DNA from: Minisyncoccota bacterium
GTDB taxonomy: Bacteria > Patescibacteriota > Minisyncoccia > Phycocordibacterales > Zambryskibacteraceae
NCBI GenBank assembly: GCA_036517475.1
Contig: DATDVZ010000002.1
Span: 1 to 45,607, forward strand
Reading direction: 5' to 3'
DNA length: 45,607 nt
The notes under the pieces are model-generated. The model was not told the DNA's origin. It saw nothing but the letters and a program-made list of their open reading frames with translations, and searched no databases. The translations under genes and the position numbers were made by a program. Positions 1-9,199 of the stretch are shown one piece after another; the stretch's first letter is position 1, and each line of letters begins with the position of its first letter.

Positions 1-177
1 AGTTTCCAGAACTTTTAGAAGATATAACTAACTTAGGTTGATGGAGCTAATTCTGCCTGAATTTGCCTATATTTTCCGATCAAGGAAGCCATATATTCCT
101 GATCCTCTAGGAACTGTATAATAGTGTTCGAATACTGACCCAATAGTGAATTCGTTAGAGGCAACTAATCTATAACT

Positions 178-606
178 ATGGACTTTATTGGCTATCTCAA
201 GAAATTAGATTCTGAAGACTGGAATAAACAAGTTACTGAAAGGTGGACTGTTAAAGATGTGACGGCTCACATGGTTGGATGGGAGAGAAAAGACGTCGAA
301 GAAATAAGAAGAATTTGGGAAACAAAATCTCCTCCGTGGTGGAAAAATAATCCTAACTACGATGAATTTAATGCTAAATGGGTGGAGTTCTACAAAAAAT
401 ATACTCCGGAAGAACTTATAGCTGAATGGGAGATGTGGCAGAATAAAGTGGAGGAAGAGATTGGCCGAATAGGACACGAAAAAGTAAAGGCTAGACCAGA
501 CTTATTCGGTTGGCTTCTTCAGGATGGGGGAGAATATACTTTGAATAAAGGAGGTAACCACTACGACCACCATTTGAAGCAGATTAAGCAGGTATTAAGA
601 AAATAG
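178..606 (+). CDS. DinB/YfiT-like (DinB_2 superfamily) hypothetical protein
   Basis: Intact 142-aa ORF. The composition and the H-rich C-terminus (HYDHH) resemble DinB_2/MDMPI-like four-helix-bundle proteins. The family assignment is tentative. Confidence 0.4.
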   Translation: MDFIGYLKKLDSEDWNKQVTERWTVKDVTAHMVGWERKDVEEIRRIWETKSPPWWKNNPNYDEFNAKWVEFYKKYTPEELIAEWEMWQNKVEEEIGRIGHEKVKARPDLFGWLLQDGGEYTLNKGGNHYDHHLKQIKQVLRK

Positions 607-697
607 TCATAAAGTCCAACTTCTCTTTTATCCCCTCAAGGTATATTCTATCGGAGAAGATATCAAGAATAATTTTCCTATCGGGATCCCATTATTT

Positions 698-1267
698 ATG
701 AAACTTATACTAGGTTCATCATCTAAATATCGCCGTGAAGTTTTAGAAGAAAACAGTTTTAAATTTGAAGTCGTGAGTCCGGATATTGATGAGAAGTCAG
801 TTAGAACAGATGATTTTTACAAATTACCAATCTTGATCGCGGGAGAAAAGTTAAACTCGCTGAAAAATAAAATTAATGAACCTACAATTATAATTGCTGC
901 TGATCAGGTAGTTGTTTGCGATAATGAATTAAGAGAAAAACCAGACTCAAAAGAAAAAGCATTTGGATATCTTAAAAAATATAGCGACGGTTATCCGGCA
1001 GAAACTGTTTCAGCTCTTATAGTTTTTAACAACCAAAACGACAAAACTGCAGAAGGGGTTGATGTGGCTAAGATTTATTTTAAACCTATACCTGACTCTG
1101 TCATTAAAGACTACATTGATACAGGTGAAGCGTATCTAAATTCAGGTGGCTTTGATCACAAACATCTGCTTTTGAAACCTTATGTCAAAGAAATTCAAGG
1201 TACATCGGATAGTTTAAGTGGAATGCCAATAAAATTACTGAAGGAGTTAATAAAAAGTGTACAATAG
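698..1267 (+). CDS. maf: Maf-like nucleoside triphosphate pyrophosphatase (septum formation protein Maf)
   Basis: N-terminal LILGSSSKYRREVLE matches the Maf signature (LILASxSPRRxELL). The protein is 189 aa, as expected for the Maf/Ham1 fold. Confidence 0.75.
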   Translation: MKLILGSSSKYRREVLEENSFKFEVVSPDIDEKSVRTDDFYKLPILIAGEKLNSLKNKINEPTIIIAADQVVVCDNELREKPDSKEKAFGYLKKYSDGYPAETVSALIVFNNQNDKTAEGVDVAKIYFKPIPDSVIKDYIDTGEAYLNSGGFDHKHLLLKPYVKEIQGTSDSLSGMPIKLLKELIKSVQ

Positions 1268-1273
1268 TCTAAT

Positions 1274-1777
1274 ATGAAAAGAAATTTAATCATTTTGGTA
1301 ATTATTTTAGTGTTGATTATTGGTTACTGGTTAATCTCACCATTTTTTATTAATAAAAAAGTTTCAGAAGAATCTCCGCTTAATGCTTCGCAGCAAGCAT
1401 CAACTGAAACAAAACAGGTTAATGAGGTAGGTGATTCCTCCGAGGTTAAAACAGAAATTATTTATAAAGGCACTTTCACTGGTTTTGATAAAATTCACTA
1501 TGGTTCCGGAGATGCAGCTTTGATTAAGACAGAAAATGGATTAGTGCTTAGATTTGAGGAAAATTTTAATGTTGCAAATGGGCCAGATCTCTATGTTGGT
1601 TTTGGCAAGGACGGAAAATATGTAAACGGAAGCGAGATTGCCAGACTCAAAGGCAATATTGGGTCTCAAAATTATTCATTATCGACAGATTTTAGGTTGG
1701 AAGAATACAATGAAGTCTGGATATGGTGCCGCGCATTTTCAGTGCCTTTTGCCAAGGCCACTTTTGAGGCAATTTAG
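1274..1777 (+). CDS. DM13 domain-containing membrane-anchored protein
   Basis: N-terminal TM helix. The motifs HYGSGDAALIK and GPDLYVGFG are typical of the DM13 domain. Confidence 0.55.
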   Translation: MKRNLIILVIILVLIIGYWLISPFFINKKVSEESPLNASQQASTETKQVNEVGDSSEVKTEIIYKGTFTGFDKIHYGSGDAALIKTENGLVLRFEENFNVANGPDLYVGFGKDGKYVNGSEIARLKGNIGSQNYSLSTDFRLEEYNEVWIWCRAFSVPFAKATFEAI

Positions 1778-1851
1778 TCATCTTGACACAGGTGGTTAAG
1801 AGAGTAGTCTCTAGTTAGATTTTCAAGGAGATTTTTGTGGTACCGGAGAAA

Positions 1852-2091
1852 ATGAGCGCACTGGAGAGAAGTGAGCGTATCCTGCGCTTCATTTCCCGAC
1901 ACAAGCAAGCTCTCGCTAAAGGAAGAGGAGATAGTGGTATTGCTAGGAAAGCGCTAAGAATAATTAGATATTTGGGGCCCAATTATTCACAGCACTCTCT
2001 GGGTTGTACCAAGAGCTCTCCGCAACTTGGTTGTAATTGCGGACTTGAATTTGCCATTCAATATTTGGATGGCATCAAGAGCTCAACCTAA
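1852..2091 (+). CDS. hypothetical small protein in a locally GC-elevated segment
   Basis: The ORF begins at ATG 1852, with GGAG 5 nt upstream, and is followed directly by a strong intrinsic terminator. There is no recognisable family, and it could instead be a structured RNA. Confidence 0.25.
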   Translation: MSALERSERILRFISRHKQALAKGRGDSGIARKALRIIRYLGPNYSQHSLGCTKSSPQLGCNCGLEFAIQYLDGIKSST

Positions 2092-2101
2092 ACTTCTCGC
2101 T

Positions 2102-2130
2102 ACCCCCACTTAGTAAGTGGGGGTTTCTCT
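2102..2130 (+). terminator. rho-independent terminator (ACCCCCACT-tagta-AGTGGGGGT + T-rich tail)
   Basis: Perfect 9-bp GC-rich stem at 2102-2110/2116-2124, followed by TTTCTCTTTG. Confidence 0.6.
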
Positions 2131-2173
2131 TTGTTATCATTACTTATATTTTCTATGTTAATATACCTATCTT

Positions 2174-2923
2174 ATGAAATCACAAAAAATTATTTTTAGC
2201 ATCGTAATTCTTTTATTAATTATTGGAGCAATATTTTTTATAAATAAAAAACCTTTAGTAAATATTCCGGCAGACCAAAATAATCAGGAAGTATCAACAA
2301 CAACAGTTATAAATTCAACTACCACAGAAAATACAGCAAAAATTTTAAGTTTAACTGAAAAAATTTGGTCATTATTTGATACATATATTGCCCGCGCCAA
2401 AGCACATGATATTGAGGGGGTTAAAAAACTCTCCTTCCAGCAATCAGCAGCTTGCGCAGATATAAAAAGAGTAAATGAATGTTATGGGCTAATGGATATT
2501 GTGGTTGGTCTTTCAAAAGGAATAAAAAAAGATGATTACAAAAATCTGCAAAGCGATTCAAGACAACTAATACTTTCAACTGACTTTAAAAAAATTGACA
2601 ATGAAAACGCATATGGGTACAGCAAGGGATATCTTGTGATGACAATTGATAAAAACGGCGATTTGAGGATGCTTAATTTCAATCCTGATAAAAGTTGGTT
2701 TTATACCAAAAATGATTTCGAATTCAGCAATAAGGAAGTCATGGAGATAAAACTCACTACAATGATTAAAGATACCGATAATGACGGTTTGACTGAAAAT
2801 CAGGAAATTTGTGGCGGTGAATATCAGAGTTCAGCCGAATGTACTAATACTGATCCTAACAAACTCGACTCAGATAAAGATGGGTGGTGGGATGGTGTTG
2901 AATTTTTCTTTTATAAAAAGTAG
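2174..2923 (+). CDS. membrane-anchored secreted protein with thrombospondin type-3-like Ca-binding motifs
   Basis: N-terminal TM/signal anchor. The C-terminus carries DTDNDGLTENQE and DPNKLDSDKDGWWDGVE, which are DxDxDG-type calcium-binding repeats. Confidence 0.5.
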   Translation: MKSQKIIFSIVILLLIIGAIFFINKKPLVNIPADQNNQEVSTTTVINSTTTENTAKILSLTEKIWSLFDTYIARAKAHDIEGVKKLSFQQSAACADIKRVNECYGLMDIVVGLSKGIKKDDYKNLQSDSRQLILSTDFKKIDNENAYGYSKGYLVMTIDKNGDLRMLNFNPDKSWFYTKNDFEFSNKEVMEIKLTTMIKDTDNDGLTENQEICGGEYQSSAECTNTDPNKLDSDKDGWWDGVEFFFYKK

Positions 2924-3004
2924 TTGTTTTTTGGATAGGTTGGTGTAGTATTTCCAACCAGATTCCCGCAGTACATTTAATCCTCAAGAGTAAGGAGAAG
3001 TGCC

Positions 3005-3361
3005 ATGAATCAGACAGCCTTGGCCACCGGCGAAGTTCAGGAAGTTTCCGGGGACATCCTCGGCGGCGAAGGTATGGGTATGACAGACAGGGCCCTCACT
3101 GATGTTAGTGAGGAAGAGCTTCCAACGCTTGTCGATGATGACATGCTTCTCATCGGCCAGCTTGCCGGCACTTGGGCATTCCCGCAATCAAGGGGGGAAG
3201 GATACCTGTTAGCGGTTCGCAGGCATCTCAAGAGTCGGTATCATTTTACCGAGACGGACATCCAGTGGGGAATTGGAATGTTCCGGATTCGGAAGCCATG
3301 CGAGGTTCGGCCTGTGCTACTGGCACAGGCGCGAGCACTGCGCACGGGCGCGCAAATGTAA
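3005..3361 (+). CDS. hypothetical protein encoded in a GC-rich (~55%) islet
   Basis: Strong SD TAAGGAGA lies 7 nt upstream of ATG 3005. The 118-aa acidic protein (EELPTLVDDDMLLIGQLAG) has no recognisable family. Antisense ORFs here follow from the high GC content. Confidence 0.4.
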   Translation: MNQTALATGEVQEVSGDILGGEGMGMTDRALTDVSEEELPTLVDDDMLLIGQLAGTWAFPQSRGEGYLLAVRRHLKSRYHFTETDIQWGIGMFRIRKPCEVRPVLLAQARALRTGAQM

Positions 3362-3375
3362 TGTAAAGAGAAATA

Positions 3376-3397
3376 GGGCTCGACAATTGTCGAGCCC
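3376..3397. repeat. perfect 22-bp palindrome GGGCTCGACAATTGTCGAGCCC (hairpin/operator)
   Basis: Exact self-complementary sequence with no loop. It lies between the GC-rich ORF stop and the sigma-factor gene. On the minus strand it is followed by a T-rich tract. Confidence 0.5.
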
Positions 3398-3464
3398 TTC
3401 ACGTAAATGTAATTTGCGCTAAATTTTTAAGTAAGTAAGATGGTTAGACAAAAAACGTCTTTAA

Positions 3465-3977
3465 ATGAAGAAAGTACCGGAAAAATTAGAGAAGGATTTT
3501 CTACAGGCTTATGAAGAGCTTTCTTCGCCGCTTTATAGGCACTGTTTTTTCAGAGTTTCCAGTCATGAGATTGCTGTTGATATTGTCCAGGAGAGTTTTA
3601 CCAAGACTTGGAAACAGATTGCCCAGGGTGAAGAAATCAGGAATATTCGGGCGTTCATTTATAAGGTAATGAACAATCTGATAATTGATCATTACCGAAA
3701 ACATAAAAGTGAATCACTTGACGCGCTTCTTGATGACGGATTTGATCCCACAGAATCAAAATCGCAAGAGAAAATTCTTAATGACGCCGAATTGAATCTC
3801 GTTGGGAAATTTCTTGAGCAAATATCATCAAAGGACAGGGATCTTGTGGTTATGAGGTTTCACGACGGATTATCAGTGAAAGAAATTGCCAAGTTTTTTG
3901 GTGAATCTGAAAATAATATTTCCGTCAGGCTTCACAGGGCACTGATAAAAGTAAGAAAAAAATTCAATGAAAAATAG
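3465..3977 (+). CDS. RNA polymerase sigma-70 family factor, ECF subfamily
   Basis: Region 2 (YRHCFFRVSSHEIAVDIVQESF) and region 4 HTH (LSVKEIAKFFGESENNISVRLHRAL) are both present. Length is 170 aa. Confidence 0.8.
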   Translation: MKKVPEKLEKDFLQAYEELSSPLYRHCFFRVSSHEIAVDIVQESFTKTWKQIAQGEEIRNIRAFIYKVMNNLIIDHYRKHKSESLDALLDDGFDPTESKSQEKILNDAELNLVGKFLEQISSKDRDLVVMRFHDGLSVKEIAKFFGESENNISVRLHRALIKVRKKFNEK

Positions 3978-4049
3978 CATCCGAATAATCTTACGAACCC
4001 GCTTGAATGTTCCGTTTAGAAACGGGCGCGGTAGACACATACGAATAAA

Positions 4050-5072
4050 ATGAGAAATCCATTTGAACAATTTTTTAATAATAAAGAGAAAGAAGTTTTT
4101 CTTTCTTTGAGAGACAAAGACCAGATTCGTCGGGAAATTATTTCTTATATGAGAAAAACGTCATTTGATGAGGTACAAAGTAATCTTAACTGGTTTGTAT
4201 TTCTCTCGCGTCATTCAGTTGCAGTAACTTTGGTGTTGGTTTTGTTTTTTAGCACCGGTGCTCTTAGCGTATTTGCTGAAAAGGCATTGCCTGGGGATTT
4301 TCTCTACCCCCTCAAGACTGGGGTTACTGAACAAGTAAGAGGATGGCTTGCAGTTTCCTCAGAGGATAAGGCAGAGTGGCAATTAACTCTTGCAGAAAGA
4401 CGATACCAAGAAATGGCCTATGTTAGCGAGATACCGACAATTTCGGCTGAAATAAAATCAGAGGTTAAGGCAAAGTTAGAGACAGAAATAAGTAAAATTG
4501 AAGATTCAGAAAAGGAAAGCGGTAAAAGTGAGATTACCCTCTTCATCGAGGAAGAAAAGTCGGCCTCTTCGTACATCAATACTGATTTTAAGAGTTCTTC
4601 TTTTGTTATAACCCCCACAGCTGAAGAAAGAATTAATAATGTAAAAATTCAACTGCAAAATCTGGAGGAAAAGCTCACTAAGTTAAATATTCAAGATAAA
4701 GAAAAATTAATAAAAATAAAATCTCTAATCCTCATTACCAAGAAAACGTTATCTTTTGACACAAAAGAGTCTCTTGTGTTACAGAGTGCAGATATGACAG
4801 AGAAGTTTCTGAGAAAAGCTGAAAATAATATACTGAGACTGCAGAATTATTTTAACGAGGAAGTGCACGAGAACACAGATGATAAAAAAACAGATAAATC
4901 TTTAATTGAAGTCAATGGAACAAGCGCTGTGGAAGATGAAGTTACTGTTGAAGTTCAAAATAAGCAACCGGGTGGAAATGAAGGTCAAAATAGGACAGAG
5001 GAAAAAGATTTAGAAGAAAACCCAGTAACTTCACAGCAGCAGGATCCAGTAAGATTAATTGACGAAATATAA
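4050..5072 (+). CDS. DUF5667-type membrane protein (putative anti-sigma-like partner of the upstream ECF sigma)
   Basis: A TM helix is followed by the PGDFLYPLK motif typical of DUF5667. A long coiled-coil region follows. The gene sits immediately downstream of the ECF sigma gene. Confidence 0.5.
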   Translation: MRNPFEQFFNNKEKEVFLSLRDKDQIRREIISYMRKTSFDEVQSNLNWFVFLSRHSVAVTLVLVLFFSTGALSVFAEKALPGDFLYPLKTGVTEQVRGWLAVSSEDKAEWQLTLAERRYQEMAYVSEIPTISAEIKSEVKAKLETEISKIEDSEKESGKSEITLFIEEEKSASSYINTDFKSSSFVITPTAEERINNVKIQLQNLEEKLTKLNIQDKEKLIKIKSLILITKKTLSFDTKESLVLQSADMTEKFLRKAENNILRLQNYFNEEVHENTDDKKTDKSLIEVNGTSAVEDEVTVEVQNKQPGGNEGQNRTEEKDLEENPVTSQQQDPVRLIDEI

Positions 5073-5100
5073 GGTTCCTCATAAACAAGGAACCTTGTTT
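5071..5100 (+). terminator. rho-independent terminator (AAGGTTCC-loop-GGAACCTT-GTTT)
   Basis: 8-bp stem directly after the stop codon at 5072. Confidence 0.55.
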
Positions 5101-5254
5101 CGACGTCGCTCGGACATTATGAAAAAGATTACTTTCTCATACGTCTCTCGCTCGTCGAAATAAAAAGTCTTTTGCAGTTAAATTACTGAGTAGTAAGAAT
5201 AATTGCTATAATGCGTCTAATTAACTGATAAGTTATTAATTAGAAACTAACAAC

Positions 5255-6061
5255 ATGAATGAAGAAGTGAAAAACAGGGCTTTAAAATTTATACCTTTAT
5301 TAGCGGTTGTACTCTCACTTTTTTTGGTAGTACAAACTCTTAATGCTTTGCGTGATTACGGCAGCGGAGATCTTCCAAAAAATGTAATCACTGTTGAGGG
5401 TAGTGGTGAAGTATTTGCCCCACCCGATATCGCAGAATTTAATTTCTCTGTAAATTCTGAAGGTAAAGATATAAAAGAAGCACAAAGTAAAGTCACCACC
5501 AAAATTGATGCTGCAGTTAAATCTCTTAAAGACGCTGGAGTTCTAGAAAAGGATATAAAGACAACCGATTACAACGCATACCCAAAATATGAGTATTCTC
5601 AAAGTGTTTGCCCAGCAGTCAGTTCCATTTCCGGCGCACCTGTATATTGTCCGCCAGGAAAACAGGTTCTAGTGGGTTATGAAGTTAATCAGACAATTTC
5701 AGTTAAAGTCAGGAAAGTTGATGACGCCGGCAAGCTCTTGGAATTGGTGGCTAATGCTGGAGTTACTAATGTAAGCGGTTTGTCATTTACTATTGATGAT
5801 GAAGAAAAACTTCAGAGACAGGCTCGCCAAATGGCAATAGATGAAGCCAAAGAAAAAGCAAAAGTGCTTGCTAAAGATCTTGGGGTTCGTCTTGTAAGAA
5901 TTGTCAGTTTTAATGAGAGCGGAAATTATCCTACCCCGATTTATTTTGGCCGGGAAGCAGCAATGGGTATGGGAGGAGATGCTCAGGTAAAAGCACCATC
6001 AGTTCCTACGGGCGAGAATAAAATCACTTCAAACGTTACAATTACTTACGAAATTCGATAA
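5255..6061 (+). CDS. SIMPL domain (DUF541) periplasmic protein
   Basis: Signal anchor followed by ITVEGSGEVFAPPDIAEFNFSV, which matches the SIMPL/26-kDa periplasmic immunogenic protein family. Confidence 0.7.
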   Translation: MNEEVKNRALKFIPLLAVVLSLFLVVQTLNALRDYGSGDLPKNVITVEGSGEVFAPPDIAEFNFSVNSEGKDIKEAQSKVTTKIDAAVKSLKDAGVLEKDIKTTDYNAYPKYEYSQSVCPAVSSISGAPVYCPPGKQVLVGYEVNQTISVKVRKVDDAGKLLELVANAGVTNVSGLSFTIDDEEKLQRQARQMAIDEAKEKAKVLAKDLGVRLVRIVSFNESGNYPTPIYFGREAAMGMGGDAQVKAPSVPTGENKITSNVTITYEIR

Positions 6062-6103
6062 TGCTGATCTAGTGAAATAGATCTAATAATGCAAATAGAT
6101 ATC

Positions 6104-6129
6104 AAAAAATCCCCTCATGGGGATTTTTT
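6104..6129. terminator. bidirectional intrinsic terminator AAAAAATCCCC-tcat-GGGGATTTTTT
   Basis: Perfect hairpin flanked by A-runs and T-runs. It is positioned between the convergent SIMPL gene and rplK. Confidence 0.7.
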
Positions 6130-6142
6130 GATATACATTTCT

Positions 6143-6568
6143 TTATTCTTTAACCTCCACACCCATACTTCGGGCACTGCCGGCTATTATTTTCATTGCC
6201 GCTTCCACAGATTCAGTGTTTAAGTCCGCCATTTTCTTTTCTGCAATTGCTCTTAGCTGTTCTTTTGTAAGTTTTCCGATTTTGGATGTATTGGGTTTGC
6301 CTGAACCCTTTTCGACTCCGACTGCTTTTAATATCATACTTGAGGCGGGCGGAGTCTTTAAAATGAAACTGAAGCTTCTGTCCTCATAAACGCTAATTTC
6401 TGCAGGAATCATCTCTCCACCCATATCTTTGGTGGCATCATTATATTGCTTTATGAATTCTCCAATATTAATTCCAGCTTGCCCTAGAATTGGCCCAGCG
6501 GGTGGGGCAGGTGTTGCTTTTCCAGCAGGGAAGACAATTTTGAGTTTTTTTGTAATTTTCTTTGCCAC
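6143..6568 (-). CDS. rplK: 50S ribosomal protein L11
   Basis: The sequence [33 protein letters not shown] is essentially the L11 consensus. Confidence 0.95.
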   Translation of the reverse strand: MAKKITKKLKIVFPAGKATPAPPAGPILGQAGINIGEFIKQYNDATKDMGGEMIPAEISVYEDRSFSFILKTPPASSMILKAVGVEKGSGKPNTSKIGKLTKEQLRAIAEKKMADLNTESVEAAMKIIAGSARSMGVEVKE

Positions 6569-6573
6569 AAATT

Positions 6574-6963
6574 TTACGAATTAGATCGAATGACACGAAT
6601 GGGACGCAAATACTTGTTTCTAAAATTAACAATAATTCCTAATTTTAGCCCACAGGCATCAAGATATCTATTTATTTGGTAGTAATCCTCCCTTGTTATT
6701 AGAGGTTTTGCTTTAAATTCCAATAGGAGTTGATTGTTTATAACAAAGTCGGCCTTATTTGTAAATCTGTTATCAATAATTTGAATAGGTAATGATTTCT
6801 CCTTTTCGTAAATGATATTTTCGCGTTTCAATAGTTTTTCAATAGCTTCAGTATATTGTTTCTCTCTCGCATATCTTCCCAAAATGTTATGGACTTCAAA
6901 AAGCAAACCATTGATTTTATATGATAATTCCGGATATATAACTTTAGAAGAAACTTTTGGCAT
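6574..6963 (-). CDS. GxxExxY family protein (PD-(D/E)xK-like)
   Basis: [18 protein letters not shown]...YTEAIE matches the GxxExxY family pattern. It is inserted between nusG and rplK. Confidence 0.7.
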   Translation of the reverse strand: MPKVSSKVIYPELSYKINGLLFEVHNILGRYAREKQYTEAIEKLLKRENIIYEKEKSLPIQIIDNRFTNKADFVINNQLLLEFKAKPLITREDYYQINRYLDACGLKLGIIVNFRNKYLRPIRVIRSNS

Positions 6964-7002
6964 AGATTCGTGTTATTCGCGATATTCGGATATTCGCGAA
7001 CC

Positions 7003-7548
7003 CTATATTTTTTTGATTTGCAAGAAATCAAGTTCCACCGGTGTTTCTCTGCCGAACATTGAAACAAGAACTTTTACTTTACCTCGCTCATTGTCAACTT
7101 CCTTGACCTTACCTTCCAAGTCTTTGAATGGTCCGTCAGTAATGAGAACTGCATCGTCAACTGAAAGATCAAAAGTATGAGTCACTTTTTCTTCACTCAT
7201 TCTCTCAAAGAGCGAATCAACTTCCTTCTTATCAAGGGGAACTGGGTATACTCCAGCGCCAACAAAACCTGTAACTCTGGGAGTATTGCGAACTACATAC
7301 CATGAATCATCAGTTACAACCATATCAACTAATATATAACCAGGATAAATTTTTTCCTCCTCCTCAACTCTTTTACCGGCTTTGATTTTGATTTTTTTTT
7401 CCGTTGGGACTATAACATTAAAGATTTTATCTTCCATGCCGAGAGATTCAATACGCTGTTTTAGATTGCGCATCACAGCGTTTTCATATCCGGCATATGT
7501 ATGTATTGCATACCAGTTTCTTCCTTCTTGTATTTTTTGTTTAGACAT
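7003..7548 (-). CDS. nusG: transcription termination/antitermination factor NusG
   Basis: NGN domain (WYAIHTYAGYENAV) and C-terminal KOW domain (GPFKDLEGKVKEVDNERGKVKVLVSMFGRETPVEL). Confidence 0.9.
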   Translation of the reverse strand: MSKQKIQEGRNWYAIHTYAGYENAVMRNLKQRIESLGMEDKIFNVIVPTEKKIKIKAGKRVEEEEKIYPGYILVDMVVTDDSWYVVRNTPRVTGFVGAGVYPVPLDKKEVDSLFERMSEEKVTHTFDLSVDDAVLITDGPFKDLEGKVKEVDNERGKVKVLVSMFGRETPVELDFLQIKKI

Positions 7549-7591
7549 GATTGATTTTTCTTACGAACGGAGTGAGTTAGAAATAATCATC

Positions 7592-7658
7592 ACCCGCACA
7601 CCAACTTTGACTTAATATGACAACTGATAGAAACATAAACCAAAGTTGGTGTGCGGGT
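7592..7658. repeat. 18-bp perfect inverted repeat (ACCCGCACACCAACTTTG / CAAAGTTGGTGTGCGGGT) with 31-nt loop between secE and nusG
   Basis: Exact reverse-complement arms at 7592-7609 and 7641-7658. Confidence 0.6.
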
Positions 7659-7692
7659 TAAGAAAATTATAGTCGCTTCGCTCTTTAATTTT

Positions 7693-7872
7693 CTAAAGAA
7701 CCAATTTTTCAAGTATGAATGAAAAGATTGCATCAAAGAGACCTAGGTATGCTGCCACCCCGATTGATATGAGCACCACTATTATTGTAAAAATCACTGA
7801 CTGGCGCCTAGTTGGCCAGCTTACATGCTTCAATTCTGCCTTCGTTTCCTTTATATATTCAATTAAACCCAT
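7693..7872 (-). CDS. secE: preprotein translocase subunit SecE (59 aa; below ORF-track cutoff)
   Basis: Manual translation of the minus strand gives MGLIEYIKETKAELKHVSWPTRRQSVIFTIIVVLISIGVAAYLGLFDAIFSFILEKLVL. This is a SecE-like single-TM protein, in the conserved position upstream of nusG. Confidence 0.75.
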   Translation of the reverse strand: MGLIEYIKETKAELKHVSWPTRRQSVIFTIIVVLISIGVAAYLGLFDAIFSFILEKLVL

Positions 7873-8013
7873 ATAGGTAATTTTAACTCTGTTCTCTGTT
7901 ATAAAAAACCGCCCGAAGGCGCATATGAATAATACTAATATTTGTTTTTATGTCAAATTGGTATTTTAGATTTTTTATGATAAAAATCATACAGAATTGT
8001 TGAAGAGGAAAAT

Positions 8014-9126
8014 ATGAGGCCTGCGATCGGTGCCTTACCGATGCAAAAAATCAGTAGCTTAATTGATGGTGGTTTCATTATCAATGCTCTTAATTCAAAT
8101 ATTCAATCTGGCTCCCTTGATTTAACTTTAAGCTCAGAAGGTTATCGTGTGAGGGGTGCATTTTTGCCCGCTTACGACGAGACTGTGAGGGATGCCCTCA
8201 AGAGAGTTGGCGCCCAGCGGTTGCACGATAAAGCGATACTTGAAAACGGCTCTTGCTATGTTTATTTGCTTAAAGAACATATTCAGCAACTCCCCACTGG
8301 TGTTTACTCCTATTCAAATCCAAAGTCTTCAAGTGGCCGTCTTGATATTCATGTCAGATTGCTTGCGGACAGAGTATCAAGGTATGACAAGATTCCTGAG
8401 TTATATTCAGGACCTCTTTGGGTAATGATTTCACCCAAGAAGCTACCGGTTGTAGTTGCTGAAGGAATCACCTTGTTGCAAGCACGTTTCTTTAACGGGG
8501 ATACAAGATTCAGTAACATTGATCTGGAGCTGAATTTTGGGGCGAATGGAGGATTACTCTTTGATCAAAATGGAAATAGAATTGGTTTCAGAGATCAGAG
8601 GCACTCTGATGCTGATGGGTCAGTAATTCTAACTCTCGGTCTCAATTTTGATGTTCCGGGTTTTGAAGTTGTCGAAACCGGTGAACCGATTGAGATGTGG
8701 AGAAAGGATTACTATGATCCAGAATATTTCTTCAGGACTGTAATAGTCTCAAACAATGCAATTTCCCTTTCTGCTCATGAATTCTACATTCTTTCTTCCA
8801 GAGAGTTTGTAAGAGTTCCTGAAAATTTTGCTTGTGAGATGGTCCCAATGGACGAGAAAAGCGGGGAACTCCGTTCCCATTACGCCGGATTCATTGATCC
8901 CGGCTGGGGAATAGGTAGAGATGGAAGTACTCTGGGTAGACCTCTGACTCTTGAGGTGAGATCTTTTGACAGCGGTCTCATAATTCAGGACGGACAGCCA
9001 ATAACCAAAATCCGTTATGAAAAAATGACTGAAATTCCCGAGCTTCATTATGATGAGCATGCTCCGACATATGCTCTCCAATATGGTCCAAAGCTTTCAA
9101 AGCATTTCAAAGAATGGCGAAAGTAA
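8014..9126 (+). CDS. 2'-deoxycytidine 5'-triphosphate deaminase (DCD family; tandem dUTPase-like fold)
   Basis: The C-terminal half carries the dCTP deaminase/dUTPase signature HYAGFIDPGWG...TLEV. The N-terminal half has a second, related beta-barrel segment. The ~370-aa size fits the long DCD family. Confidence 0.6.
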   Translation: MRPAIGALPMQKISSLIDGGFIINALNSNIQSGSLDLTLSSEGYRVRGAFLPAYDETVRDALKRVGAQRLHDKAILENGSCYVYLLKEHIQQLPTGVYSYSNPKSSSGRLDIHVRLLADRVSRYDKIPELYSGPLWVMISPKKLPVVVAEGITLLQARFFNGDTRFSNIDLELNFGANGGLLFDQNGNRIGFRDQRHSDADGSVILTLGLNFDVPGFEVVETGEPIEMWRKDYYDPEYFFRTVIVSNNAISLSAHEFYILSSREFVRVPENFACEMVPMDEKSGELRSHYAGFIDPGWGIGRDGSTLGRPLTLEVRSFDSGLIIQDGQPITKIRYEKMTEIPELHYDEHAPTYALQYGPKLSKHFKEWRK

Positions 9127-9153
9127 GTCCTGATTTTATCAGGACTTTTTTTT
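9127..9153 (+). terminator. rho-independent terminator (GTCCTGA-tttta-TCAGGAC-TTTTTTTT)
   Basis: 7-bp stem followed by a T8 run after the dcd stop. Confidence 0.6.
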
Positions 9154-9199
9154 ATCTATAAATATGATAATTTGACTTAAGAATCTTCAAGGAGGAAAT

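Noticed and set aside
2984-3400. Possible tmRNA / RNase P RNA in the GC-rich segment
   Set aside because: I found no tRNA-like 3' end (GGTTCGAxTCC…CCA), no GGAAAGTCCGG P4 motif and no tag-peptide reading frame. The + ORF has a strong canonical RBS, so a protein gene is more likely.
6812-7180. 122-aa + ORF
   Set aside because: It is antisense to the GxxExxY and nusG genes and spans their intergenic region.
7873-8013. tRNA-Trp expected upstream of secE
   Set aside because: The spacer is AT-rich and has no cloverleaf-compatible GC-rich arms. Only a weak 4-bp GC hairpin followed by a T-run (7909-7921, minus orientation) is present.
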